A stretch of DNA of 64,000 nt from Myxococcota bacterium (lineage in GTDB: Bacteria; Myxococcota_A; UBA9160; UBA4427), in NCBI GenBank assembly GCA_965250285.1, contig OZ252299.1, positions 5,095,966-5,159,965 of the forward strand, in the 5' to 3' direction. Below the pieces are notes generated by a model. It saw nothing but the letters and a program-made list of their open reading frames with translations. It had not been told where the DNA came from and searched no databases. Below, in pieces: positions 9,559 through 18,754 of the stretch (position 1 is its first letter; every line of letters starts with the position of its first letter). The translations under genes and the position numbers were made by a program.

Positions 9559-10871
9559 GCCGATCCCTTCGAGGCGCTGCGAATGAGTCGCGCGAGCACG
9601 TCGACGGCGAAGTCGAGCGCCGGCTCGGTGATGCAGAGTGGGGGCGTGAGCGAGAGCACGCGCCCGCCCTCGCCCGAAGGCAGCAGGATCAAACCCTGCT
9701 CGAGGGCGCGCTGGCAGACGTCGAGGGCGAGCTCGGGCGCGCTGCATTCGATGCCGATCATCAATCCGCGTCCGCGCACCTCGTGCACGCCATCGTCGCC
9801 CGCGAGGCGCGCACCGAGCTGGGCGAGCGTCGCGGTGCCGACGCGGGCAGCGTGCTCGACGAGCCCCGACGCTTGGATCACTTGCATCGAGGCGAGCGCT
9901 GCTGCGCAGCTCGCCGGGTGGCCGAGGAACGTCTGCGTGTGCAGCGCTTCGCCGGTCGACGCGGGCCAGGCTTCCATGACGCGAGCGCGCCCGAGGCAGG
10001 CCGAGATCGGCATACCCGAGGCGAGGCCCTTGCCGACGCAGAGCAGGTCGGGCACGACGCCCTCGTGATCGCAGCCAAACCACGTGCCGGTGCGACCGAA
10101 GCCGGTGTAGATCTCGTCGGCGATCAATAGCAGGCCGCGGTCGTCGCACATCGTGCGGAGCGTGCGAAGAAAGCCGTCCGGCGGGACGCGCTCGCCGCCG
10201 CGGCCCTGCACCGGCTCGACCAGCACGGCGCCGATCTCGCGGTGCGCATCGAGCTTGATTCGGGCGTCTTCGGCGTCGCCGAAGCGGGCGAAGACCGTCT
10301 CATGTGGCAGGCGCGCGCGGAACGGCGCGCGAAAGTCGTCCCGGTGCGTCGCATCGAGTGCGCCGAGGGCGAGGCCGTGATAGCCGCCTTCGAATGCGAG
10401 TACGCCGACGCGACCGGTCGAGAGCGCGGCGGTCTTGAGCGCCGTTTCGACCGCGTCGCTCCCCGAGGACGACAGCACGCCGCGCGCCGACTCGCCGCCG
10501 GGATAGCGAGCGCACAGCGCTTCGAGCAGCTCGACCTTGACGGCGGACGGATGGACGTCGCCCATGCCGTGCAGCAGCTCGGCCGACTGGCGCGTGATCG
10601 CTTCGACGACGGCCGGGTGGGCGTGCCCGACGTTCGAGACGCCGAACGCGCCGCCCAGGTCGAGGAAGCGGTTGCCGTCGACATCCCACACGTTCACGCC
10701 CGACGCGCGCTGCCAGAAGATCGGCGCCGGCGGACCGAGATGCGTGACGTTGCGGCTCTCGACGGCAGCGAGCCGCTGCGCAAGCGCCTCTGAACGAGGG
10801 CCGGGAATGGCCGTCACGAGGTCGGGCAGCAGCGGTTCGGGCCACCGAGGGCTGGGGTCGGGGGTCGACAT
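9555..10871 (-). CDS. Class-III (omega-type) PLP aminotransferase
   Basis: 438 aa. Contains GGYHG, LLIADEIYTGFGRTGTWFGCDHEGVVPDLLCVGKGLASGMP (PLP Lys region) and THLGHPASCAAAL, typical of the GabT/ArgD-like fold. Confidence 0.85.
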   Translation of the reverse strand: MSTPDPSPRWPEPLLPDLVTAIPGPRSEALAQRLAAVESRNVTHLGPPAPIFWQRASGVNVWDVDGNRFLDLGGAFGVSNVGHAHPAVVEAITRQSAELLHGMGDVHPSAVKVELLEALCARYPGGESARGVLSSSGSDAVETALKTAALSTGRVGVLAFEGGYHGLALGALDATHRDDFRAPFRARLPHETVFARFGDAEDARIKLDAHREIGAVLVEPVQGRGGERVPPDGFLRTLRTMCDDRGLLLIADEIYTGFGRTGTWFGCDHEGVVPDLLCVGKGLASGMPISACLGRARVMEAWPASTGEALHTQTFLGHPASCAAALASMQVIQASGLVEHAARVGTATLAQLGARLAGDDGVHEVRGRGLMIGIECSAPELALDVCQRALEQGLILLPSGEGGRVLSLTPPLCITEPALDFAVDVLARLIRSASKGSA

Positions 10872-10999
10872 GGCGTTCGAGTGTAGCCGTGGCGGCTCGC
10901 GGCCTTGGGGTGCCGCGTTCCGGCGCGCTGGCGGGCCGGGCTAGAGTGGGTTGCGTGCATCGGCCGACGCACGCGCGCCGCCATTGAGAGAAGGAAGGA

Positions 11000-11515
11000 A
11001 TGAAGGCCTGCATCGGGCTCGGGTCGAACCTCGGCGATCGCCTCGCGATGCTGCGCGCCGCGCGCGAGGCGCTCGACGGCGCCGCGCGCATGCGGGTGCT
11101 CCGAGCGTCGCGCGTGTACGAGACCGCGCCGGTCGGCCCGGGGGACCAGGGGCCCTACTTGAATGCGGCGCTGCTCATCGAGACCGAGTGGCCGCCCCGC
11201 GCGCTCCTCGGACGCCTCCTCGAGATCGAGCGCGGCCTGGGCCGCGATCGCAGCGCCGCCGCGGTGCGCTGGGGGCCGCGCACGATCGATCTCGATCTGC
11301 TCCTCGCCGGCGACCTCAGCATCGAAGAGCCGGGGCTCGAGTTGCCCCACCCGAGGCTGCACGAGCGGGCGTTCGTGCTCGTGCCCCTGGCCGAGGTCGC
11401 GCCGGAGGCACGTCATCCCGGTCTCGGGGTTCGCATCGACGAGCTGGCCGCGCGGGCGCCCGGGCTGGATCAGATCGCGTGCCTCGAGACGGTGGGCACC
11501 GCCGACTGGCTCTGA
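11000..11515 (+). CDS. folK: 2-amino-4-hydroxy-6-hydroxymethyldihydropteridine diphosphokinase (HPPK)
   Basis: IGLGSNLGDR start, YETAPVG, RWGPRTIDLDLL and HPRLHERAFVLVPLAE are hallmark FolK motifs. Confidence 0.9.
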   Translation: MKACIGLGSNLGDRLAMLRAAREALDGAARMRVLRASRVYETAPVGPGDQGPYLNAALLIETEWPPRALLGRLLEIERGLGRDRSAAAVRWGPRTIDLDLLLAGDLSIEEPGLELPHPRLHERAFVLVPLAEVAPEARHPGLGVRIDELAARAPGLDQIACLETVGTADWL

Positions 11516-11638
11516 GCGCCCGCGACGCGACCTTTGTCGAGATTCATGATCCCTCGGCGGGGTTTCTTGCATCGAACTCCGCAGCCTGGTAATCAGGAAT
11601 TTCCGGGTCACCCTCCCCAGAATCCCCTGGAGCGCGCC

Positions 11639-12442
11639 ATGACAGCCGCCGAACACACGACCGGGCCAACCCCGGTGCTCACGGACGTGTCACGAGAATC
11701 CAGTCAAATCAGTGACTTGCATTCCTTCGATGCCGAGGCAATGGAGGCGTCGAGTCCCGAAGAAATCTTGACCTGGGCGATCGGAAAATATCATCCGCGG
11801 CTCACCCTGAGCGCTTCTTTCGGCGCGCCCGAAGGGATGGTGCTGCTGGACATGATGCACGAGATCGATCCCTCGACGCGCGTCTTCGTTCTCGACACGG
11901 GCCGACTCCATCAAGCGACCTTCGATCTGATCGATCGGGTGCGCGACCGTTACGACAAGGACATCGAGGTGATCTTCCCCGACGCCGAGGCCGTGCAGGA
12001 CATGGTCCGCGAGAAGGGGATGAACCACTTCTACGAGTCGCTCGAGAATCGCAAGCTCTGCTGCCGCATTCGCAAGGTCGAGCCGTTGCGCCGCCACCTG
12101 GCCCACTTCGACGCGTACGTCACGGGCCTGCGTCGCGATCAGAACGTCACGCGCCGCGACACGCCGAAGGTCGAGCTCGACGTCGGCAACGGCGGTCTGG
12201 TCAAGATCAATCCGATCGCCGACTGGACCCACGAGCAGGTGATGGACTACGTCGGCGAGCACAAGGTGCCGACCAACCGTCTGCATGCCGAGGGCTACCC
12301 GTCGGTGGGCTGCGCGCCTTGCTCGCGCGCGATCGCGCCCGGTGACGATCCGCGCGCTGGACGCTGGTGGTGGGAGAGCGAGGAGACCAAGGAGTGCGGT
12401 CTTCACGTGCCCGACGAGCAGCAGGGCGGCCTCGGCATCTGA
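11639..12442 (+). CDS. cysH: Adenylyl-sulfate/PAPS reductase, thioredoxin-dependent (Fe-S type)
   Basis: PAPS_reduct fold with the CC...CxxC cluster motif (KLCCRIRKVEPL, SVGCAPCS) and C-terminal ECGLH. The start is placed at MTAAEHT (ATG 11639) rather than the track start 11534. Confidence 0.9.
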   Translation: MTAAEHTTGPTPVLTDVSRESSQISDLHSFDAEAMEASSPEEILTWAIGKYHPRLTLSASFGAPEGMVLLDMMHEIDPSTRVFVLDTGRLHQATFDLIDRVRDRYDKDIEVIFPDAEAVQDMVREKGMNHFYESLENRKLCCRIRKVEPLRRHLAHFDAYVTGLRRDQNVTRRDTPKVELDVGNGGLVKINPIADWTHEQVMDYVGEHKVPTNRLHAEGYPSVGCAPCSRAIAPGDDPRAGRWWWESEETKECGLHVPDEQQGGLGI

Positions 12443-12632
12443 GGCGTCGCCCCCCGCCCGAGCGCACGCTCGGCCCCAGTGTCGCATGCGTCTCGCGTCG
12501 CCTCGCCTCGTCTCACCTCATCGCGACCGGCAGCCCGCCGGCAGCCGATGCGCAGCATGGCAGCCGATTCAAGGCGCGGCGCGACTCGGCCGATGAAGGG
12601 AGTGGCCGGGTGTGTGGCCAGGGGAGTGACGG

Positions 12633-13058
12633 ATGAGCAGCGTGCGGACAACGATCGGTCGAGGCCTGGGCTTTGCTGCGCTGGCCTGCGCGCTCGTGCT
12701 TGCGGTGGGCGGGGTGACGGCGGCGCGCGCCGACGAGGCTCCGGCCGAGTCGAGCCCGCCCGCGCCCGATGCGAGCTTCGAGGGCTTCGCCGATCACCTC
12801 GAGCGCGAAGGACGTCCCGTCGTCGAAGACGCGGGGCCCACCTGCCAACCCGGCGCGAACGATCCGGTCGCCGTCGAGATGGCCCACCGCCGCGTCGTGG
12901 CCGAGCTGCAGGCGCGCCTGCAGGCCGAGGCGCGCGCACGCGCCGCCGAGCACGGGGGCGACCCCGAGATCGTGGTGCTCAATGGCCGGGGCTACAACTA
13001 CCGCGCCCCCACCCCCGGCGAACAGCCGCCGGCGCCGGTGACCCCGCCCCAGGACTGA
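12633..13058 (+). CDS. Secreted hypothetical protein
   Basis: N-terminal signal peptide (GLGFAALACALVLAVGGVTAARA). GC3-rich frame. No recognisable domain. Confidence 0.5.
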   Translation: MSSVRTTIGRGLGFAALACALVLAVGGVTAARADEAPAESSPPAPDASFEGFADHLEREGRPVVEDAGPTCQPGANDPVAVEMAHRRVVAELQARLQAEARARAAEHGGDPEIVVLNGRGYNYRAPTPGEQPPAPVTPPQD

Positions 13059-13093
13059 TCTCGCCCGACGGCGGCGCCATCTCCGTGCGCGGC

Positions 13094-13232
13094 CGCGGCA
13101 CCCTCTTCGCGCCGAGCTGATCTGCGTCTGCGTGCCCGCGGCACCCTCTTCGCGCCGAGCTGATCTGCGTTTGCGTGCTCGCGGCACCCTCGTCGCGCCG
13201 AGCTGATCTGCGGCTGCGTGCCCGCGGCCGCC
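13094..13232. repeat. 3.2 copies of a second, unrelated 43-bp tandem repeat
   Basis: Unit is CGCGGCACCCTCTTCGCGCCGAGCTGATCTGCGTCTGCGTGCC. Copies lie at 13094-13136, 13137-13179 and 13180-13222, plus a partial copy. The array starts 36 nt after the stop of the 12633-13058 gene and lies about 160-300 nt upstream of the histidine kinase start. Confidence 0.9.
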
Positions 13233-13394
13233 GCCTCTTTCATGTCGCCGCAGCGCGTCGAGACCGCCCGATGAGCCCGCGGGCGCTCGCTCATCGAGCG
13301 ACGATCTGTGCGATCCTTCGCCGCTCTGGGGCAAAGCGCAAACGTTGGGACGCCGTCGGCACCGGGTTGAACCGACGGCGCTCGGGACCCGTTC

Positions 13395-15932
13395 ATGGAT
13401 CCGGTTTCCACCCTTCGAGTCCGGCGTCTGACCGGCACGCTGGCTGCGCTGTGGGCGATCTCAGCGGTGGCCATGTCGGCCTTCGCGCTGATCCCTCGCG
13501 CCGATACGCCCTCGCTCCCCTTCAGCAGCGCCTTCGTGGCCGGCGTGGCCTTGATCCACGCCGTCGGACCCGACGCACGCGAAGCGGGCATCGAGCCCGG
13601 CGACGAGTGGATCTCGATCGACGGTGAGCCGGTCGTGCGGATGATGGATGAAGGGCGGGGCGCGCTCTTCCCGGGGCGCGTGAACGTCTACGAGGTCGAG
13701 AAGCAGGATGGCCGGGTCGTCAAGGCCGCGCTCTCGCCCCAGCCACCGGGCGCAAACGAGCGGCCCGGCGATCTGCTGCTGCACTTCGCGCTGCTGATCG
13801 TCGCGTCGCTCTACGTGACGGTCGGTCTCGCGGTGTGGTGGAGCAAACCGGGGACGGCCGAGGCGTGGGCGCTCCTGCTCTTCTGCTCGACGATGACGGT
13901 GCTGATCTCGACGACGATTCGCGCCGACGAGGTGCCGTGGTCGTTCTCGCGCGTGCTCGCGAACCTGCCCTTCATCGGTGCGACGACGTTCCACCTGTTC
14001 ACGACCTATCCGATCGAGCCGCCCTGGATCGTCCGCTATCGACGCACGCGCGCGGTGCCCTATCTGCTCGCATTCGCGATCTTTCTGGGCGTGGTCGGCG
14101 TGCGCGCGGGCACCATCGACGCTCGACTGATGGCATCGATCGCGGGCTTCTACGGCGTCGGCGTCGCGCTGGCCTCGGTGGCGGTGCTCGCGGCGCAGCG
14201 GCGGCGCGCACACGACGCGGGGATCGGCGAGCGCGTCGACCTCATGTTGCTCGCGGGCGTCGTGAGCTTCGTGCCGATGCTGCTGATGATCGGCATGGTC
14301 TACGTGCTGCAGACGCCGATCCCCTGGTACATGGCCATGCTCTGGGTGGGCTTCTTCCCGCTCGCGGTGGGCTACGGGATGCTGCGCAAGCAGCTCTTCG
14401 ACTTTCGCATCGTCGCGCGCTCGTCGGCCGCCTACGGCGCCGCGACCTTCACCATCACCGGTTTGTTCGCGTTCTCGATCACCTTCGCCGACGAGCTGAT
14501 CCAGACCTACGGCGTGAACGTGCGCAGCGTGCAGGTGATCCTGCTCTTTCTCGCGATCCTCGCCTTCAATCCGCTGCGCGAACGACTGCAGGGGCTGGTC
14601 GATCGCCTCTTCGATCGCGACCGCGCGCGCTATCGCCAGGCCGTGCGAGAGATCTCGGAGGCGATGGTGTCGATGCTGTCGCTGGGTGAGATCGGCGATC
14701 GCATTCTCGTCGCCGTGACCGACACCATGGGCGTCGAACGCGCGATGGTCCTGCTCTTCGACGAGAACGACAAGGTGCTGCGGCCGGCCGCGTGGCGCGG
14801 CGATTGGGACGAGCAGGACGTCCAGGCCGAGATCCCGAGCGAGCATCCGATCTGGAAGCACCTGTGGATGCGGCGCGAAGAGCTGATGCGCGCCGATTTC
14901 GACGACGAGCCCGACGCCGAGGCCCGCGAAGAGTGCTGGGACGTGTACGACACGCTCGAGGTCGAGCTGCTCGTGCCCATCCTCTTCGGTGTCGATCTGC
15001 TGGGGGTGATCGTCGTGGGGCGGAAGCTCTCGGGCGAGCGTCTGACGCCCGACGATCGACAGCTCCTGCGCACGCTCGCGAATCAGAGCTCGATCGCCAT
15101 CGAGAACGCCAAGGCGTTCGACGAGATCGCCAAGCTGAACGAATCGCTCGAGGCCCGCGTCGAGGAGCGCACCCAGGAGCTGCGCGAGACGCAGACGCAG
15201 CTGATGCAGAGCGAGAAGATGAGCTCGCTCGGTCAGCTCGTCGCCGGCGTCGCCCACGAGCTGAACAACCCGATCGGGTTCGTGCACGCCAATCTGCAGC
15301 TGCTCGACGAGTTCATCGAGAAGCTCGCGACGGCGCAGGCGTCGGGGGCCGACACCGAGCGGGTGCGCGAGGCGATCACCAAGCTGCTGACGCGCAGCCG
15401 CGAAGGCACCGAGCGCGTGAAGAAGATCGTGCAGGATCTGCGTACGTTCTCGCGCATGGATCAGGCCGAGAGCCAGATGGCCGATCTGCACGAGGAGATC
15501 GACCGGACGCTCGCGCTGATGGAGCCGCGGCTCAAGAACAAGATCAAGATCGACCGGCACTACGGCGACATCCCCGAGGTGCGCTGCTATCCGGGGCAGC
15601 TCAACCAGGTGTTCCTCAATCTGCTCATGAATGCCTGTGACGCGCTCGACGACACGGGCGGCACGATCCGCATCTCGAGCGAGCGCAGCGACCTCGGCGT
15701 GCGGCTCGAGTTCGCCGACGACGGGCCAGGGATCCCGATGCATGTCCAAAGCCGCATCTTCGATCCATTTTTCACCACCAAGGAGGTGGGCAAGGGCACG
15801 GGCCTGGGGCTCTCGCTCTCCCACGGCATCGTGGAGCGCCACGGCGGGCGCTTCCTGGTGCACTCGGAGCCCGGCGAGGGCGCGACCTTCGTGCTCGATC
15901 TGCCGCTCGACGCGGCGCCGGCGGCCGAATAG
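13395..15932 (+). CDS. Multi-pass membrane sensor histidine kinase with GAF domain
   Basis: H box HELNNPIGFVHANLQLL, N box LNLLMNACDAL, G boxes DDGPGIP and GKGTGLGLS. Preceded by a GAF-like segment, about 10 hydrophobic helices and a PDZ-like GIEPGDEWISIDGEPV segment. Confidence 0.9.
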   Translation: MDPVSTLRVRRLTGTLAALWAISAVAMSAFALIPRADTPSLPFSSAFVAGVALIHAVGPDAREAGIEPGDEWISIDGEPVVRMMDEGRGALFPGRVNVYEVEKQDGRVVKAALSPQPPGANERPGDLLLHFALLIVASLYVTVGLAVWWSKPGTAEAWALLLFCSTMTVLISTTIRADEVPWSFSRVLANLPFIGATTFHLFTTYPIEPPWIVRYRRTRAVPYLLAFAIFLGVVGVRAGTIDARLMASIAGFYGVGVALASVAVLAAQRRRAHDAGIGERVDLMLLAGVVSFVPMLLMIGMVYVLQTPIPWYMAMLWVGFFPLAVGYGMLRKQLFDFRIVARSSAAYGAATFTITGLFAFSITFADELIQTYGVNVRSVQVILLFLAILAFNPLRERLQGLVDRLFDRDRARYRQAVREISEAMVSMLSLGEIGDRILVAVTDTMGVERAMVLLFDENDKVLRPAAWRGDWDEQDVQAEIPSEHPIWKHLWMRREELMRADFDDEPDAEAREECWDVYDTLEVELLVPILFGVDLLGVIVVGRKLSGERLTPDDRQLLRTLANQSSIAIENAKAFDEIAKLNESLEARVEERTQELRETQTQLMQSEKMSSLGQLVAGVAHELNNPIGFVHANLQLLDEFIEKLATAQASGADTERVREAITKLLTRSREGTERVKKIVQDLRTFSRMDQAESQMADLHEEIDRTLALMEPRLKNKIKIDRHYGDIPEVRCYPGQLNQVFLNLLMNACDALDDTGGTIRISSERSDLGVRLEFADDGPGIPMHVQSRIFDPFFTTKEVGKGTGLGLSLSHGIVERHGGRFLVHSEPGEGATFVLDLPLDAAPAAE

Positions 15933-15982
15933 CTCCCTATACTGAAGCGCCCGACTCACATCCTCAGGAAGGACCCCCTGCC

Positions 15983-17023
15983 ATGAAGCTCGGCATCCTC
16001 TCCGGCTATTCGCCGGCCACCATGAACATCAACATCGACGGCATCCGGCACGCCGAAAGCCTCGGCTACGACTCGTGTTTCACCGCCGAGGCCTACGGCT
16101 CGGACGCCGTCTCGCCCGCAGCTTGGATCCTGGCGCAGACCGAGAAGATCAACGTGGGCACGGCGATCATGCAGATGCCGGCGCGCTCGCCCGCCAACAC
16201 GGCGATGACCGCGATGACGCTCTACGCGCTCTCGGGCGGTCGCTTCATTCTGGGCCTCGGCCCTTCGGGCCCGCAGGTCGTCGAAGGCTGGCACGGGGTG
16301 CCCTACGGCAAGCCCCTCACGCGGACGCGCGAGTACATCCAGATCATCCGCAAGATCCTCGAGCGCAAGGAGCCCGTGAGCTTCGAGGGCGAGATCTACC
16401 AGATGCCCAACACCGGGCCGGGCACGACCGGCCTCGGTAAGCCGCTCAAGAGCATCCTGCACGGCGACCCGGCGATGAAGATCTACACCGCGTCGATCTC
16501 GCCGAACGGCATGCGCTGCGCCGGTGAGGTGGCGGACGGCGTCTTCCCGGTGTGGATGGATCCGACGCGCTTCGACGTGTTCGAGGAGCACCTGCAGAAG
16601 GGCTTCGACAAGGCCGGCGGCGGCAAGTCGCTCGACGACTTCACGATCGCGCCGTTCGTGACGTGCATCATGGGCGACGACCTCGAGAAGTGCCGCATCC
16701 CGGTCAAGAACCAGCTGGCGCTCTACGTCGGCGGCATGGGCGCACGCGACAAGAACTTCTACAACGACTACACCCAGCGGCTCGGCTTCGAAGAGGCTGC
16801 GAAGACGATCCAGGATCTCTACCTGGACGGGAAGAAGGCCGAGGCGGTCGCTGCCGTGCCCGACGAGTACGTCGATCGCGTCGCCCTGGTCGGTCCCCCC
16901 GATCGGATTCGCGATCAGCTGGGTGCCTGGAAGGAAGCGGGCGCGAAGAACCACGTCGGTACGATGCTGATCGGCGGCGGCGGCAAGAAGGCCTACGAGC
17001 TGCTCGCCGAGGAGCTGCTGTAG
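15983..17023 (+). CDS. LLM-class (luciferase-like) flavin/F420-dependent oxidoreductase
   Basis: 346 aa. Contains MKLGI..., AESLGYDSCFTAEAYGSDA and RFILGLGPSGPQVVEGWHGVPYGKPLTRTREYI, typical of the LLM F420-dependent family. Confidence 0.85.
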   Translation: MKLGILSGYSPATMNINIDGIRHAESLGYDSCFTAEAYGSDAVSPAAWILAQTEKINVGTAIMQMPARSPANTAMTAMTLYALSGGRFILGLGPSGPQVVEGWHGVPYGKPLTRTREYIQIIRKILERKEPVSFEGEIYQMPNTGPGTTGLGKPLKSILHGDPAMKIYTASISPNGMRCAGEVADGVFPVWMDPTRFDVFEEHLQKGFDKAGGGKSLDDFTIAPFVTCIMGDDLEKCRIPVKNQLALYVGGMGARDKNFYNDYTQRLGFEEAAKTIQDLYLDGKKAEAVAAVPDEYVDRVALVGPPDRIRDQLGAWKEAGAKNHVGTMLIGGGGKKAYELLAEELL

Positions 17024-17103
17024 CCAGCCGCTCGGCCACGCGGGATCGATCGGGTCGCCGGCGACGCGCTGGCCTTCCGACGCGCACGTCGTTCGTTCAC
17101 GGC

Positions 17104-17892
17104 TTGGCCTTCGCCTTTGTCGTCGCGCACGCTTCACTGGCCCTCGGCGTGCCGGCTCGCTCCGACGAGCAGGCACCCGAGGCGGTGACTCCGCTCGAGA
17201 CCAAAGCGCTGCCGGGCGGCTTTCCCGCCCAGGGTCTGTCCGTCGACCGCGACGCGATCCTCGCCGGCGGACCCGATCGGGACGGCATCGCGAGCGTCGA
17301 CTCGCCGCGCTTCGTGTCTCCACAAGAGGCGGCTCGGTGGGTCCGAGACGAGCACGCCGTCGTCGGTGTCGAGATCGACGGCGACGCCCGCGCATACCCG
17401 ATCCACCTCATCGAGCACCATCAGATCGTGAACGATCGGTTCGGCGACGAGCGCATTGCCGTCGCCTACGACCCGCTCGTCGACGTCGCTCGGGCGTATC
17501 GGGCCGGTCGGATGACCGCCGGCGAAGACCCGCGGGCCGGCCGATTCGGCGTCAGCGGCTTGATCTACCGCTGTAACTTCCTGCTCTACGACCGGCGCGA
17601 CGAATCGCTCTCGGCCCACTTCGACGGTCGCACGATCACTGGCCCCCGTGCGGGTGACGTGCTCGAGGCAGTGCCCGTGCGGGTCGAGACGCTGCGCGCG
17701 TGGCGGGCCCGGCACCCCGATACGCGCGTGCTCAGACCCCCCGAGCCTCGGCGGATCGACTACCGATACAGCCCCTACTCGAGCTACTGGGTATCCGACG
17801 GCGTGCCGTTCCCACTCGATCACACCGATGACCGGATCCACCCGAAAGAGCTGGTCCTGGGCGCGCGCGTCGGCGGCCGCACGCGCGCGTAA
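17104..17892 (+). pseudogene. DUF3179-family protein, N-terminal part ending at an in-frame TAA
   Basis: Contains DGIASVDSPRF, VVGVEIDGDARAYPIHLIEHHQIVND, GVSGLIYRCNFLLYD and HPDTRVL. There is no ATG, so the start is tentatively the TTG at 17104 before a hydrophobic leader. It ends at TAA 17890-17892 while the family-like sequence continues in the same frame. Confidence 0.6.
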
Positions 17893-18348
17893 CTCGCGAC
17901 GGTCATCGAGCGCCGCGGCGGGCGCATCGTCGATGAGTTCGAAGGTCGCCGGATACGCGTGCAGTGGAACCGGCGCGCGGGCACGTTCAGCTTCGAAGCG
18001 CCCGATGACGTCGAGTTCACGAGCGCGTTCTGGTTTGCCTGGAAGAACTTCTACCCCGACACCGAGCTCTGGAACGTGCGCTTCGAGCGAGACGAGGACG
18101 AGCAAGTATCGATCGACGCGCCCTCGTCAGGTGCGCGCCGAGGCGCCTCCGCCCGAGTCGAAGAAGGACTGCACCTGCCTGAGCGTGTCGTCGACGTGCT
18201 GGGTCGCGAGCTCGCGGGCCGAGAAGCGGTCGACCGAGTCGCCGACGAGCGGGATCCAGTTCGGCGTGACCAGCTTGACCGCGAGGTTCGTCTGATCGGG
18301 TCGCTGGTCGATGGGCGTGAGGCTGAACGTCTGGTCGTAGCGCAGTGA
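17893..18348 (+). pseudogene. DUF3179-family protein, C-terminal continuation in the same frame as 17104-17892
   Basis: Reads LATVIERRGGRIVDEFEGRRIRVQWNRRAGTFSFEAPDDVEFTSAFWFAWKNFYPDTELW, the usual DUF3179 C-terminus. Recognisable similarity ends near 18078. The open frame then runs on to 18348 across the convergent SRPBCC gene. Confidence 0.5.
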
Positions 18349-18582
18349 GCCGAGCTTGATCTTGCGCTTGAGTCGTAGACCGGGCACGACCTCGAGGGGC
18401 CGGTCGTGCATCACGACCTGCACGGATCCGAGCTGGTAGCGCCAGCGCACCCCGCCCGAGAACGGGTAGTCGTCGCTCTCGTCGACCGGCGCGAGCATGC
18501 GCGCGTCCCACGCAACGATCTGCGCGGCATCGGTCAGGGCCTGCCAGACCCGCTCCGGGTCGGCCTCGATCACCCTCGACAT
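18127..18582 (-). CDS. SRPBCC (START/polyketide-cyclase-like) family protein
   Basis: 151 aa from MSRVIEADPERVWQALTD, the typical SRPBCC opening. The upstream part of the 261-aa track ORF is Arg/Ser-rich junk. Confidence 0.7.
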   Translation of the reverse strand: MSRVIEADPERVWQALTDAAQIVAWDARMLAPVDESDDYPFSGGVRWRYQLGSVQVVMHDRPLEVVPGLRLKRKIKLGSLRYDQTFSLTPIDQRPDQTNLAVKLVTPNWIPLVGDSVDRFSARELATQHVDDTLRQVQSFFDSGGGASART

Positions 18583-18685
18583 CACGATCGTGATCAACGG
18601 GCAAGCATCCGCGCGTTCACGGCTCGATGATGCACGCGAAGCCGGGGGCTCGCAATCGGAGCGTTCCGGCGCTCTTGGGGGCCCC

Positions 18686-18722
18686 AAACGAAAGCCGCCG
18701 GATGCACGAGGCATCCGGCGGC
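18686..18722 (-). terminator. Rho-independent terminator of the PEP-CTERM gene
   Basis: Perfect 12-bp stem GCCGCCGGATGC / GCATCCGGCGGC (18694-18705 / 18711-18722) with a 5-nt loop. On the minus strand it is followed by TTTCGTTT. Confidence 0.75.
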
Positions 18723-18754
18723 TGGGTTCGGATCGCTGAGGTGAGTCAGCCGGA

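Noticed and set aside
13461-15959. 832-aa minus-strand ORF opposite the histidine kinase. Similar cases are 33636-35915 opposite aconitase, 47506-49635 opposite AOR, and 49779-51161 opposite moeA.
   Set aside because: The same reasoning applies. Each mirrors a gene with clear catalytic motifs and has Arg/His/Asp-rich junk composition.
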